Below the pieces are notes generated by a model. The model was given only the letters and a program-made list of their open reading frames with translations, searched no databases and had not been told where the DNA came from. Of a stretch of DNA of 64,000 nt, positions 27,266 to 41,842 are shown in pieces. Both the position numbers and the translations under genes were made by a program. This stretch comes from Macrostomum lignano (Eukaryota): positions 558,001 to 622,000 of the forward strand of contig NIVC01000019.1 of the NCBI GenBank assembly GCA_002269645.1, in the 5' to 3' direction. Each line of letters begins with the position of its first letter. Within the stretch, counting starts at the first letter, position 1.

Positions 27266-27739
27266 ATGGCGAATCGCGCCGCGCCCAACGAGCTGGACGC
27301 GGAGACCATCGGCTTCCTGATGGAGGCGAGTCGTCTGAGCGCTGACGAGCTGCGACTCCGCTACGCCGAGTTCAAGGAGATGCAGCCGGAGGGCCGCACC
27401 TCGGACTTCATGGCGTTCATCGCCCGTGGCCAGAGCTCCAATGCAAGGCTGCGCAAACAGGCGCAGCAGTTCTTCGACCTGTTCGACAGCAACCACGACC
27501 GAAGCATCTCCAAGGACGAAGTGCTCAGTGTGATGCACACCGTCTTCCAGACGGCTCGCGACCGAGGAGTTCAGCTCAACAAGAGCCCGGAGGCCGTCTG
27601 CGACGAGTTCTTCAAGAAACTGGACGCTGACGGTAACAGCGAGATCTCCGAGGACGAATTTGTTCAAGGCGTCCTGACCGACCCGGACCTGCTTAAAATT
27701 CTGCAGAACCCAGAGGTGATGAACACTCTGATGGGCTAG
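27266..27739 (+). CDS. Neuronal calcium sensor (recoverin/neurocalcin)-like EF-hand protein, 157 aa, intronless
   Basis: N-terminal NCS pattern (LDAETIGFLMEASRLSADELRLRYAEFKEMQPEG, cf. LRPEVLQDL...[20 protein letters not shown]); two 12-residue EF loops DSNHDRSISKDE and DADGNSEISEDE; C-terminal EFVQGVLTDPDLLKILQ; GC3-rich codons. Confidence 0.88.
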   Translation: MANRAAPNELDAETIGFLMEASRLSADELRLRYAEFKEMQPEGRTSDFMAFIARGQSSNARLRKQAQQFFDLFDSNHDRSISKDEVLSVMHTVFQTARDRGVQLNKSPEAVCDEFFKKLDADGNSEISEDEFVQGVLTDPDLLKILQNPEVMNTLMG

Positions 27740-27878
27740 GGGCTCCGGCTACGTGGCTAGGGCATCCCTGTGCAACCCACGCTATAAGAACTGCAAGCAT
27801 TTCTACTGCGCAAACTCTTCGGTTAGACTTTCTCGGACAGGTAACTACCTGAGGCTAAGGGCAGGGTCTCCGAAGAGG

Positions 27879-30800
27879 GCATGACTTCTCTGAAAGAGCA
27901 CACCATGACTTCTCTGAAAGAGCACACCATGACTTCTCTGAAAGAGCACACCATGACTTCTCTGAAAGAACACACCATGACTTCTCTGAAAGAGCACACC
28001 ATGACTTCTCTGAAAGAACACACCATGACTTCTCTGAAAGAGCACACCATGACTTCTCTGAAAGAGCACACCATGACTTCTCTGAAAGAGCACACCATGA
28101 CTTCTCTGAAAGAGCACACCATGACTTCTCTGAAAGAACACACCATGACTTCTCTGAAAGAGCACACCATGACTTCTCTGAAAGAACACACCATGACTTC
28201 TCTGAAAGAGCACACCATGACTTCTCTGAAAGAGCACACCATGACTTCTCCTGAAAGATCATAGCATGACTCCTCTGAAAGAGCACACCATGACTTCTCT
28301 GAAAGAGCACACCATGACTTCTCTGAAAGAGCACACCATGACTCCTCTGAAAGAGCACACCATGACTTCTCTGAAAGAGCATACCATGACTTCTCTGAAA
28401 GAGCATACCATGACTTCTCTGAAAGAGCATACCATGACTTCTCTGAAAGAGCACACCATGACTTCTCTGAAAGAGCACACCATGACTTCTCTGAAAGAGC
28501 ACACCATGACTTCTCTGAAAAAGCACACCATGACTTCTCTGAAAGAGCACACCATGACTTCTCTGAAAGATCATGGCATGACTCCTCTGAAAGAGCATAC
28601 CATGACTTCTCTGAAAGAGCACACCATGACTTCTCTGAAAGATCATGGCATGACTCCTCTGAAAGAGCACACCATGACTTCTCTGAAAGAGCACACCATG
28701 ACTCCTCTGAAAGAGCACACCATGACTTCTCTGAAAGAGCACACCATGACTTCTCTGAAAGAGCATGGCATGACTTCTCTGAAAGAGCATGGCATGACTC
28801 CTCTGAAAGAGCATACCATGACTCCTCTGAAAGAGCATACCATGACTTCTCTGAAAGAGCACACCATGACTCCTCTGAAAGAGCACACCATGACTTCTCT
28901 GAAAGAGCACACCATGACTTCTCTGAAAGAGCACACCATGACTCCTCTGAAAGAGCACACCATGACTTCTCTGAAAGAGCACACCATGACTTCTCTGAAA
29001 GAGCACACCATGACTTCTCCTGAAAGATCATAGCATGACTCCTCTGAAAGAGCACACCATGACTTCTCTGAAAGAGCACACCATGACTTCTCTGAAAGAG
29101 CACACCATGACTCCTCTGAAAGAGCACACCATGACTCCTCTGAAAGAGCACACCATGACTTCTCTGAAAGAGCACACCATGACTTCTCTGAAAGAGCATG
29201 GCATGACTCCTCTGAAAGAGTACACCATGACTCCTCTGAAAGAGCACACCATGACTTCTCTGAAAGAGCACACCATGACTTCTCTGAAAGAGCACACCAT
29301 GACTTCTCTGAAAGAGCACACCATGACTCCTCTGAAAGAGCACACCATGACTTCTCTGAAAGAGCACACCATGACTTCTCTGAAAGAGCACACCATGACT
29401 TCTCCTGAAAGATCATAGCATGACTCCTCTGAAAGAGCACACCATGACTTCTCTGAAAGAGCACACCATGACTTCTCTGAAAGAGCACACCATGACTTCT
29501 CTGAAAGAACACACCATGACTTCTCTGAAAGAGCACACCATGACTTCTCTGAAAGAACACACCATGACTTCTCTGAAAGAGCACACCATGACTTCTCTGA
29601 AAGAGCACACCATGACTTCTCCTGAAAGATCATAGCATGACTCCTCTGAAAGAGCACACCATGACTTCTCTGAAAGAGCACACCATGACTTCTCTGAAAG
29701 AGCACACCATGACTCCTCTGAAAGAGCACACCATGACTTCTCTGAAAGAACACACCATGACTTCTCTGAAAGAGCACACCATGACTTCTCTGAAAGAGCA
29801 CACCATGACTTCTCTGAAAGAGCACACCATGACTTCTCTGAAAGAGCACACCATGACTTCTCTGAAAGAACACACCATGACTTCTCTGAAAGAGCACACC
29901 ATGACTTCTCTGAAAGAACACACCATGACTTCTCTGAAAGAGCACACCATGACTTCTCTGAAAGAGCACACCATGACTTCTCTGAAAGATCATAGCATGA
30001 CTCCTCTGAAAGAGCACACCATGACTTCTCTGAAAGAGCACACCATGACTTCTCTGAAAGAGCACACCATGACTCCTCTGAAAGAGCACACCATGACTTC
30101 TCTGAAAGAGCATACCATGACTTCTCTGAAAGAGCATACCATGACTTCTCTGAAAGAGCATGCCATGACTTCTCTGAAAGAGCACACCATGACTTCTCTG
30201 AAAGAGCACACCATGACTTCTCTGAAAGAGCACACCATGACTTCTCTGAAAGAGCACACCATGACTTCTCTGAAAGAACACACCATGACTTCTCTGAAAG
30301 ATCATGGCATGACTCCTCTGAAAGAGCACACCATGACTTCTCTGAAAGAGCACACCATGACTTCTCTGAAAGAGCACACCATGACTTCTCTGAAAGAACA
30401 CACCATGACTTCTCTGAAAGAGCACACCATGACTTCTCTGAAAGAACACACCATGACTTCTCTGAAAGAGCACACCATGACTTCTCTGAAAGAGCACACC
30501 ATGACTTCTCCTGAAAGATCATAGCATGACTCCTTTTGAAAGAGCACACCATGACTTCTCTGAAAGAGCACACCATGACTTCTCTGAAAGAGCACACCAT
30601 GACTCCTCTGAAAGAGCACACCATGACTTCTCTGAAAGAGCATACCATGACTTCTCTGAAAGAGCATACCATGACTTCTCTGAAAGAGCATACCATGACT
30701 TCTCTGAAAGAGCACACCATGACTTCTCTGAAAGAGCACACCATGACTTCTCTGAAAGAGCACACCATGACTTCTCTGAAAAAGCACACCATGACTTCTC

Positions 30801-33800
30801 TGAAAGAGCACACCATGACTTCTCTGAAAGATCATGGCATGACTCCTCTGAAAGAGCATACCATGACTTCTCTGAAAGAGCACACCATGACTTCTCTGAA
30901 AGATCATGGCATGACTCCTCTGAAAGAGCACACCATGACTTCTCTGAAAGAGCACACCATGACTCCTCTGAAAGAGCACACCATGACTTCTCTGAAAGAG
31001 CACACCATGACTTCTCTGAAAGAGCACATGACTTCTCTGAAAGAGCATGGCATGACTCCTCTGAAAGAGCATACCATGACTCCTCTGAAAGAGCATACCA
31101 TGACTTCTCTGAAAGAGCACACCATGACTCCTCTGAAAGAGCACACCATGACTTCTCTGAAAGAGCACACCATGACTTCTCTGAAAGAGCATGGCATGAC
31201 TCCTCTGAAAGAGCACACCATGACTCCTCTGAAAGAGCACACCATGACTTCTCTGAAAGAGCATGGCATGACTCCTCTGAAAGAGCATGGCATGACTTTT
31301 CTGAGAGCATGGCATGACTTCTCTGAAAGAGCACACCATGACTTCTCTGAAAGAGCATGGCATGACTCCTCTGAAAGAGCACACCATGACTTCTCTGAAA
31401 GAGCACACCATGACTTCTCTGAAAGAGCATGGCATGACTCCTCTGAAAGAGCACACCATGACTTCTCTGAAAGAGCACACCATGACTTCTCTGAAAGAGC
31501 ACACCATGACTTCTCTGAAAGAGCACACCATGACTTCTCTGAAAGAGCACACCATGACTCTCTGAAAGAGCACACCATGACTTCTCTGAAAGAGCACACC
31601 ATGACTTCTCTGAAAGAGCACACCATGACTTCTCCTGAAAGATCATAGCATGACTCCTCTGAAAGAGCACACCATGACTTCTCTGAAAGAGCACACCATG
31701 ACTTCTCTGAAAGAGCACACCATGACTCTCTGAAAGACACACCATGACTCCTCTGAAAGAGCACACCATGACTTCTCTGAAAGAGCACACCATGACTTCT
31801 CTGAAAGAGCACATGACTCCTCTGAAAGAGCACACCATGACTTCTCTGAAAGAGCACACCATGACTTCTCTGAAAGAGCACACCATGACTTCTCTGAAAG
31901 AGCACACCATGACTTCTCTGAAAGAGCACACCATGACTTCTCTGAAAGAGCACACCATGACTTCTCTGAAAGAGCACACCATGACTTCTCTGAAAGAGCA
32001 CACCATGACTTCTCTGAAAGATCATAGCATGACTCCTCTGAAAGAGCACACCATGACTTCTCTGAAAGAGCACACCATGACTTCTCTGAAAGAGCACACC
32101 ATGACTTCTCTGAAAGAGCACACCATGACTTCTCTGAAAGAGCACACCATGACTTCTCTGAAAGAGCACACCATGACTTCTCTGAAAGAGCACACCATGA
32201 CTTCTCTGAAAGAGCACACCATGACTTCTCTGAAAGATCATACATGACTCTCTGAAAGAGCACACCATGACTTCTCTGAAAGAGCACACCATGACTTCTC
32301 TGAAAGAGCACACCATGACTTCTCTGAAAGAGCACACCATGACTTCTCTGAAAGAGCACACCATGACTTCTCTGAAAGAGCACACCATGACTTCTCTGAA
32401 AGAGCACACCATGACTTCTCTGAAAGAGCACACCATGACTTCTCTGAAAGAGCACACCATGACTTCTCTGAAAGAGCACACCATGACTTCTCTGAAAGAG
32501 CACACCATGACTTCTCTGAAAGAACACACCATGACTTCTCTGAAAGAGCACACCATGACTTCTCTGAAAGAGCACACCATGACTTCTCTGAAAGAGCATA
32601 CCATGACTCTCTGAAAGAGCACACCATGACTTCTCTGAAAGAGCACACCATGACTTCTCTGAAAGAGCACACCATGACTCTCTGAAAGAGCACACCATGA
32701 CTTCTCTGAAAGAGCATACCATGACTTCTCTGAAAGAGCACACCATGACTTCTCTGAAAGAGCATACCATGACTTCTCTGAAAGAGCACACCATGACTTC
32801 TCTGAAAGAGCACACCATGACTTCTCTGAAAGAGCACACCATGACTTCTCTGAAAGAGCACACCATGACTTCTCTGAAAGAGCACACCATGACTCTCTGA
32901 AAGAGCACACCATGACTTCTCTGAAAGAGCACATGACTCTCTGAAAGAGCACACCATGACTTCTCTGAAAGAACACACCATGACTTCTCTGAAAGAGCAC
33001 ACCATGACTTCTCTGAAAGAGCACACCATGACTTCTCTGAAAGAGCACACCATGACTCTCTGAAAGAGCACACCATGACTTCTCTGAAAGAGCACACCAT
33101 GACTCTCTGAAAGAGCACACCATGACTTCTCTGAAAGAGCACACCATGACTTCTCTGAAAGAGCACACCATGACTTCTCTGAAAGAACACCATGACTTCT
33201 CTGAAAGAGCACACCATGACTTCTCTGAAAGAGCACACCATGACTTCTCTGAAAGAGCACACCATGACTCTCTGAAAGAGCACACCATGACTTCTCTGAA
33301 AGAGCACACCATGACTTCTCTGAAAGAGCACACCATGACTTCTCTGAAAGAGCACACCATGACTTCTCTGAAAGAGCACACCATGACTTCTCTGAAAGAG
33401 CACACCATGACTTCTCTGAAAGAGCACACCATGACTTCTCTGAAAGAGCACACCATGACTTCTCTGAAAGAGCACACCATGACTTCTCTGAAAGAGCACA
33501 CCATGACTTCTCTGAAAGAGCACACCATGACTTCTCTGAAAGAGCACACCATGACTTCTCTGAAAGACACATGACTTCTCTGAAAGAGCACACCATGACT
33601 TCTCTGAAAGAGCACACCATGACTTCTCTGAAAGAGCACACCATGACTTCTCTGAAAGACACACCATGACTTCTCTGAAAGAGCACACCATGACTTCTCT
33701 GAAAGAGCACACCATGACTTCTCTGAAAGAGCACACCATGACTTCTCTGAAAGAGCACACCATGACTTCTCTGAAAGAGCACACCATGACTTCTCTGAAA

Positions 33801-36800
33801 GAGCACACCATGACTTCTCTGAAAGAGCACACCATGACTTCTCTGAAAGAGCACACCATGACTTCTCTGAAAGAACACACCATGACTTCTCTGAAAGAGC
33901 ACACCATGACTTCTCTGAAAGAGCACACCATGACTTCTCTGAAAGAGCATACCATGACTCCTCTGAAAGAGCACACCATGACTTCTCTGAAAGAGCACAC
34001 CATGACTTCTCTGAAAGAGCACACCATGACTTCTCTGAAAGAGCACACCATGACTTCTCTGAAAGAGCACACCATGACTTCTCTGAAAGAGCACACCATG
34101 ACTTCTCTGAAAGAGCACACCATGACTTCTCTGAAAGAGCACACCATGACTTCTCTGAAAGAGCACACCATGACTTCTCTGAAAGAGCACACCATGACTT
34201 CTCTGAAAGAGCACACCATGACTTCTCTGAAAGAGCACACCATGACTTCTCTGAAAGACATGATGACTCTCTGAAAGAGCACACCATGACTTCTCTGAAA
34301 GAGCACACCATGACTTCTCTGAAAGAGCACATGACTCTCTGAAAGAGCACACCATGACTTCTCTGAAAGAGCACACCATGACTTCTCTGAAAGAGCACAC
34401 CATGACTTCTCTGAAAGAGCACACCATGACTTCTCTGAAAGAGCACATGACTTCTCTGAAAGAGCACATGACTCTCTGAAAGAGCATACCATGACTCTCT
34501 GAAAGAGCACACCATGACTTCTCTGAAAGAGCACACCATGACTCTCTGAAAGAGCACACCATGACTTCTCTGAAAGAGCACACCATGACTTCTCTGAAAG
34601 AGCACACCATGACTCTCTGAAAGAGCACACCATGACTTCTCTGAAAGAGCACACCATGACTTCTCTGAAAGAGCACACCATGACTTCTCTGAAAGAGCAT
34701 ACCATGACTCCTCTGAAAGAGCACACCATGACTTCTCTGAAAGAGCACACCATGACTTCTCTGAAAGAGCACACCATGACTTCTCTGAAAGAGCACACCA
34801 TGACTCTCTGAAAGAGCACACCATGACTTCTCTGAAAGAGCACACCATGACTTCTCTGAAAGAGCACATGACTCTCTGAAAGAGCACACCATGACTTCTC
34901 TGAAAGAGCACACCATGACTTCTCTGAAAGAGCACACCATGACTTCTCTGAAAGAGCACACCATGACTTCTCTGAAAGAGCACACCATGACTTCTCTGAA
35001 AGAGCACACCATGACTTCTCTGAAAGAGCACACCATGACTTCTCTGAAAGAGCACACCATGACTTCTCTGAAAGAGCATAGCATGACTCTCTGAAAGAGC
35101 ACACCATGACTTCTCTGAAAGAGCACACCATGACTTCTCTGAAAGAGCACACCATGACTTCTCTGAAAGAACACACCATGACTTCTCTGAAAGAGCACAC
35201 CATGACTTCTCTGAAAGAGCACACCATGACTTCTCTGAAAGAGCACACCATGACTTCTCTGAAAGAGCACACCATGACTTCTCTGAAAGAGCATACATGA
35301 CTCTCTGAAAGAGCACACCATGACTTCTCTGAAAGAGCACACCATGACTTCTCTGAAAGAGCACACCATGACTTCTCTGAAAGAGCACACCATGACTTCT
35401 CTGAAAGAGCACACCATGACTTCTCTGAAAGAGCACACCATGACTTCTCTGAAAGAGCACACCATGACTTCTCTGAAAGAGCACACCATGACTTCTCTGA
35501 AAGAGCACACCATGACTTCTCTGAAAGAGCACACCATGACTTCTCTGAAAGAGCACACCATGACTTCTCTGAAAGAACACACCATGACTTCTCTGAAAGA
35601 GCACACCATGACTTCTCTGAAAGAGCACACCATGACTTCTCTGAAAGAGCACACCATGACTCTCTGAAAGAGCACACCATGACTTCTCTGAAAGAGCACA
35701 CCATGACTTCTCTGAAAGAGCACACCATGACTTCTCTGAAAGAGCACACCATGACTTCTCTGAAAGAGCACACCATGACTTCTCTGAAAGAGCACACCAT
35801 GACTTCTCTGAAAGAGCACCATGACTTCTCTGAAAGAGCACACCATGACTTCTCTGAAAGAGCACACCATGACTTCTCTGAAAGAGCACACCATGACTTC
35901 TCTGAAAGAGCACACCATGACTTCTCTGAAAGAGCACACCATGACTTCTCTGAAAGAGCACACCATGACTTCTCTGAAAGAGCACACCATGACTTCTCTG
36001 AAAGAGCACACCATGACTTCTCTGAAAGAGCACACCATGACTTCTCTGAAAGAGCACACCATGACTTCTCTGAAAGAGCACACCATGACTTCTCTGAAAG
36101 AGCACACCATGACTTCTCTGAAAGAGCACACCATGACTTCTCTGAAAGAGCACACCATGACTTCTCTGAAAGAGCACACCATGACTCTCTGAAAGAGCAC
36201 ACCATGACTTCTCTGAAAGAGCACACCATGACTTCTCTGAAAGAGCACACCATGACTTCTCTGAAAGAGCACACCATGACTTCTCTGAAAGAGCACACCA
36301 TGACTTCTCTGAAAGAGCACACCATGACTTCTCTGAAAGAGCACACCATGACTTCTCTGAAAGAGCACACCATGACTTCTCTGAAAGAGCACACCATGAC
36401 TTCTCTGAAAGAGCACACCATGACTTCTCTGAAAGAGCACACCATGACTTCTCTGAAAGAGCACACCATGACTTCTCTGAAAGAGCACATGACTCTCTGA
36501 AAGAGCACACCATGACTTCTCTGAAAGAGCACACCATGACTTCTCTGAAAGAGCACACCATGACTTCTCTGAAAGAGCACACCATGACTTCTCTGAAAGA
36601 GCACACCATGACTTCTCTGAAAGAGCACACCATGACTCTCTGAAAGAGCACACCATGACTTCTCTGAAAGAGCACATGACTTCTCTGAAAGAGCACATGA
36701 CTCCTCTGAAAGAGCACACCATGACTTCTCTGAAAGAGCACACCATGACTTCTCTGAAAGAGCACACCATGACTCCTCTGAAAGAGCACACCATGACTTC

Positions 36801-39800
36801 TCTGAAAGAGCACACCATGACTTCTCTGAAAGAGCATGGCATGACTCCTCTGAAAGAGCACACCATGACTTCTCTGAAAGAGCACACCATGACTTCTCTG
36901 AAAGAGCACATGACTCTCTGAAAGAGCACATGACTTCTGAAAGAGCACACCATGACTTCTCTGAAAGAGCACACCATGACTTCTCTGAAAGAGCATGGCA
37001 TGACTCCTCTGAAAGAGCACACCATGACTTCTCTGAAAGAGCACACCATGACTTCTCTGAAAGAGCACACCATGACTTCTCTGAAAGAGCACACCATGAC
37101 TTCTCTGAAAGAGCACACCATGACTTCTCTGAAAGAGCACACCATGACTTCTCTGAAAGAGCACACCATGACTTCTCTGAAAGAGCACACCATGACTTCT
37201 CTGAAAGAGCACACCATGACTCTCTGAAAGAGCACACCATGACTTCTCTGAAAGAGCACACCATGACTTCTCTGAAAGAGCACACCATGACTCCTCTGAA
37301 AGAGCACACCATGACTTCTCTGAAAGAGCACACCATGACTTCTCTGAAAGAGCACACCATGACTTCTCTGAAAGAGCACACCATGACTCTCTGAAAGAGC
37401 ACACCATGACTTCTCTGAAAGAGCACACCATGACTTCTCTGAAAGAGCACACCATGACTTCTCTGAAAGAGCACACCATGACTTCTCTGAAAGAGCACAC
37501 CATGACTTCTCTGAAAGAGCACACCATGACTTCTCTGAAAGAGCACACCATGACTTCTCTGAAAGAGCACACCATGACTTCTCTGAAAGAGCACACCATG
37601 ACTTCTCTGAAAGAGCACACCATGACTTCTCTGAAAGAGCACACCATGACTTCTCTGAAAGAGCACACCATGACTTCTCTGAAAGAGCACACCATGACTT
37701 CTCTGAAAGAGCACACCATGACTTCTCTGAAAGAGCACACCATGACTTCTCTGAAAGAGCACACCATGACTTCTCTGAAAGAGCACACCATGACTTCTCT
37801 GAAAGATCACACCATGACTTCTCTGAAAGAGCACACCATGACTTCTCTGAAAGAGCACACCATGACTTCTCTGAAAGAGCACACCATGACTCTCTGAAAG
37901 AGCACACCATGACTTCTCTGAAAGAGCACACCATGACTTCTCTGAAAGAGCACACCATGACTTCTCTGAAAGAGCACACCATGACTTCTCTGAAAGAGCA
38001 CACCATGACTTCTCTGAAAGAGCACACCATGACTTCTCTGAAAGAGCACACCATGACTTCTCTGAAAGAGCACACCATGACTTCTCTGAAAGAGCACACC
38101 ATGACTTCTCTGAAAGAGCACACCATGACTTCTCTGAAAGAGCACACCATGACTTCTCTGAAAGAGCACACCATGACTTCTCTGAAAGAGCACACCATGA
38201 CTTCTCTGAAAGAGCACACCATGACTTCTCTGAAAGAGCACACCATGACTCTCTGAAAGAGCACACCATGACTTCTCTGAAAGAGCACACCATGACTTCT
38301 CTGAAAGAGCACACCATGACTTCTCTGAAAGAGCACACCATGACTTCTCTGAAAGAGCACACCATGACTTCTCTGAAAGAGCACACCATGACTTCTCTGA
38401 AAGAGCACACCATGACTTCTCTGAAAGAGCACACCATGACTTCTCTGAAAGAGCACACCATGACTTCTCTGAAAGAGCACACCATGACTTCTCTGAAAGA
38501 GCACACCATGACTTCTCTGAAAGAGCACACCATGACTTCTCTGAAAGAGCACACCATGACTTCTCTGAAAGAGCACACCATGACTTCTCTGAAAGAGCAC
38601 ACCATGACTTCTCTGAAAGAGCACACCATGACTTCTCTGAAAGAGCACACCATGACTTCTCTGAAAGATCACACCATGACTTCTCTGAAAGAGCACACCA
38701 TGACTTCTCTGAAAGAGCACACCATGACTTCTCTGAAAGAGCACACCATGACTTCTCTGAAAGAGCACACCATGACTTCTCTGAAAGAGCACACCATGAC
38801 TTCTCTGAAAGAGCACACCATGACTTCTCTGAAAGAGCACACCATGACTCTCTGAAAGAGCACACCATGACTTCTCTGAAAGAGCACACCATGACTTCTC
38901 TGAAAGAGCACACCATGACTCTCTGAAAGAGCACACCATGACTTCTCTGAAAGAGCACACCATGACTTCTCTGAAAGAGCACACCATGACTTCTCTGAAA
39001 GAGCACACCATGACTTCTCTGAAAGAGCACACCATGACTTCTCTGAAAGAGCACACCATGACTTCTCTGAAAGAGCACACCATGACTTCTCTGAAAGAGC
39101 ACACCATGACTTCTCTGAAAGAGCACACCATGACTTCTCTGAAAGATCACACCATGACTTCTCTGAAAGAGCACACCATGACTTCTCTGAAAGAGCACAC
39201 CATGACTTCTCTGAAAGAGCACACCATGACTTCTCTGAAAGAACACACCATGACTTCTCTGAAAGAGCACACCATGACTTCTCTGAAAGAGCACACCATG
39301 ACTTCTCTGAAAGAGCACACCATGACTTCTCTGAAAGAGCACACCATGACTTCTCTGAAAGATCACACATGACTCCTCTGAAAGAGCACACCATGACTTC
39401 TCTGAAAGAGCACACCATGACTTCTCTGAAAGAGCACACCATGACTCCTCTGAAAGAGCACACCATGACTTCTCTGAAAGAGCATACATGACTTCTCTGA
39501 AAGAGCATACCATGACTTCTCTGAAAGAGCATACCATGACTCCTCTGAAAGAGCACACCATGACTTCTCTGAAAGAGCATGGCATGACTCCTCTGAAAGA
39601 GCATGGCATGACTTCTCTGAAAGAGCACACCATGACTTCTCTGAAAGAGCATGGCATGACTCCTCTGAAAGAGCACACCATGACTTCTCTGAAAGAGCAC
39701 ACCATGACTTCTCTGAAAGAGCACACCATGACTTCTCTGAAAGAGCACACCATGACTTCTCTGAAAGAGCACACCATGACTTCTCTGAAAGAGCACACCA

Positions 39801-41097
39801 TGACTTCTCTGAAAGAGCACACCATGACTTCTCTGAAAGAGCACACCATGACTTCTCTGAAAGAGCACACCATGACTTCTCTGAAAGAGCACACCATGAC
39901 TTCTCTGAAAGAGCACACCATGACTTCTCTGAAAGAGCACACCATGACTCCTCTGAAAGAGCACACCATGACTTCTCTGAAAGAGCACACCATGACTTCT
40001 CTGAAAGAGCACACCATGACTTCTCTGAAAGAGCACACCATGACTCCTCTGAAAGAGCACACCATGACTTCTCTGAAAGAGCACACCATGACTTCTCTGA
40101 AAGAGCATGGCATGACTCCTCTGAAAGAGCACACCATGACTCCTCTGAAAGAGCACACCATGACTTCTCTGAAAGAGCACACCATGACTTCTCTGAAAGA
40201 GCACACCATGACTCCTCTGAAAGAGCACACCATGACTTCTCTGAAAGAGCACACCATGACTTCTCTGAAAGAGCATGGCATGACTCCTCTGAAAGAGTAC
40301 ACCATGACTCCTCTGAAAGAGCACACCATGACTTCTCTGAAAGAGCATGGCATGACTCCTCTGAAAGAGCACACCATGACTCCTCTGAAAGAGCACACCA
40401 TGACTTCTCTGAAAGAGCATGGCATGACTCCTCTGAAAGAGCACACCATGACTCCTCTGAAAGAGCACACCATGACTTCTCTGAAAGAGCATGGCATGAC
40501 TCCTCTGAAAGAGCACACCATGACTCCTCTGAAAGAGCACACCATGACTTCTCTGAAAGATCATGGCATGACTCCTCTGAAAGAGCATACCATGACTCCT
40601 CTGAAAGAGCATGGCATGACTATTCTGAAAGAGCACACCATGATTTCTCCTGAAAGAGCACACCATAACTTCTCTGAAAGAGCACACCATGACTTCCCTG
40701 AAAAAGCACACCATGACTTCTCTGAAAGAGCATGGCATGACTTCTCTGAAAGAGCACACCATGACTTCTCTGAAAGAGCACACCATGACTTCTCTGAAAG
40801 AGCACACCATGACTTCTCTGAAAGAGCACACCATGACTTCTCTGAAAGAGCATGGCATGACTTCTCTGAAAGAGCACACCATGACTTCTCTGAAAGAGCA
40901 TGGCATGACTTCTCTGAAAGATCATGGCATGAATTTTCTGAAAGATCATGGCATGAATTCTCTGAAAGAGCACACCATGACTTCTCCTGAGAGAGCACAC
41001 CATGACTTCTCTGAAAGATCATGGCATGACTCCTCTGAAAGATCATGGCATGACTCCTCTGAAAAAGCATGGCATGACTTTTCTGAGAGCATGGCAT
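27879..41097. repeat. 13.2-kb satellite, 24-bp unit CATGACTTCTCTGAAAGAGCACAC (about 550 copies)
   Basis: 8-aa period in the ORF track (MTSLKEHT); substitution variants at both ends, 22/23-bp deletion variants in the centre. Confidence 0.98.
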
Positions 41098-41734
41098 CCC
41101 ATCTCAGAAATGTGAATAGAATACACAAATGCCAGGGATATTTCATCATCACTGACATGCAAGCCTCAAGCGGTCATCAAACACTGTAGAAATTCGACTG
41201 CTTTAAGCTGGCATTGTGCCGGCAAACTGCTTCATTCCCTTTGCTAGATTTTATCTGAGCAACGTTATTGTCTCAAATATGCGTTATCCACCATATTTTA
41301 TTTGTATAATTGCGATGCATTGAAATCCCAAAATCTTTAATTACTTGGAATTATCAATAAACAAATAAAAGGAAGACGCGGTTAAAATGTTATCATGTAA
41401 CTGATCGCGATTGAGACATCGAGCTATTAGGTAGCTGCTAATAAAAGTTTTCTGAATTTAGTAATTGTATTTTAGCATCTTTATACTCACTGTATAGGTG
41501 TCATGCGCTATTTACACACTAGAAAATTTCTGGGAATTACGGTTGTCTAAAATAGTGACGGAACTAACTAAAGGGGAATTTTAAAGTTACATTTTGAAAA
41601 AAGACTTTTTGAAAGAATTGTCGATGTCAGAACCAGAATAAAACAGCAATTACTCCGTATGGAGATCGAAGAGAACTAAAAGATAAGAAAAAGAAGACAG
41701 AAGGCGAAAACCAGGAGATAAAAAGTTAGACAGC

Positions 41735-41842
<108 letters not shown>

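Noticed and set aside
27823-41189. ORFs up to about 2300 aa in several frames
   Set aside because: Translations of the 24-bp satellite, whose unit lacks stops in five of six frames; frames drift with indels and no unique domain is present.
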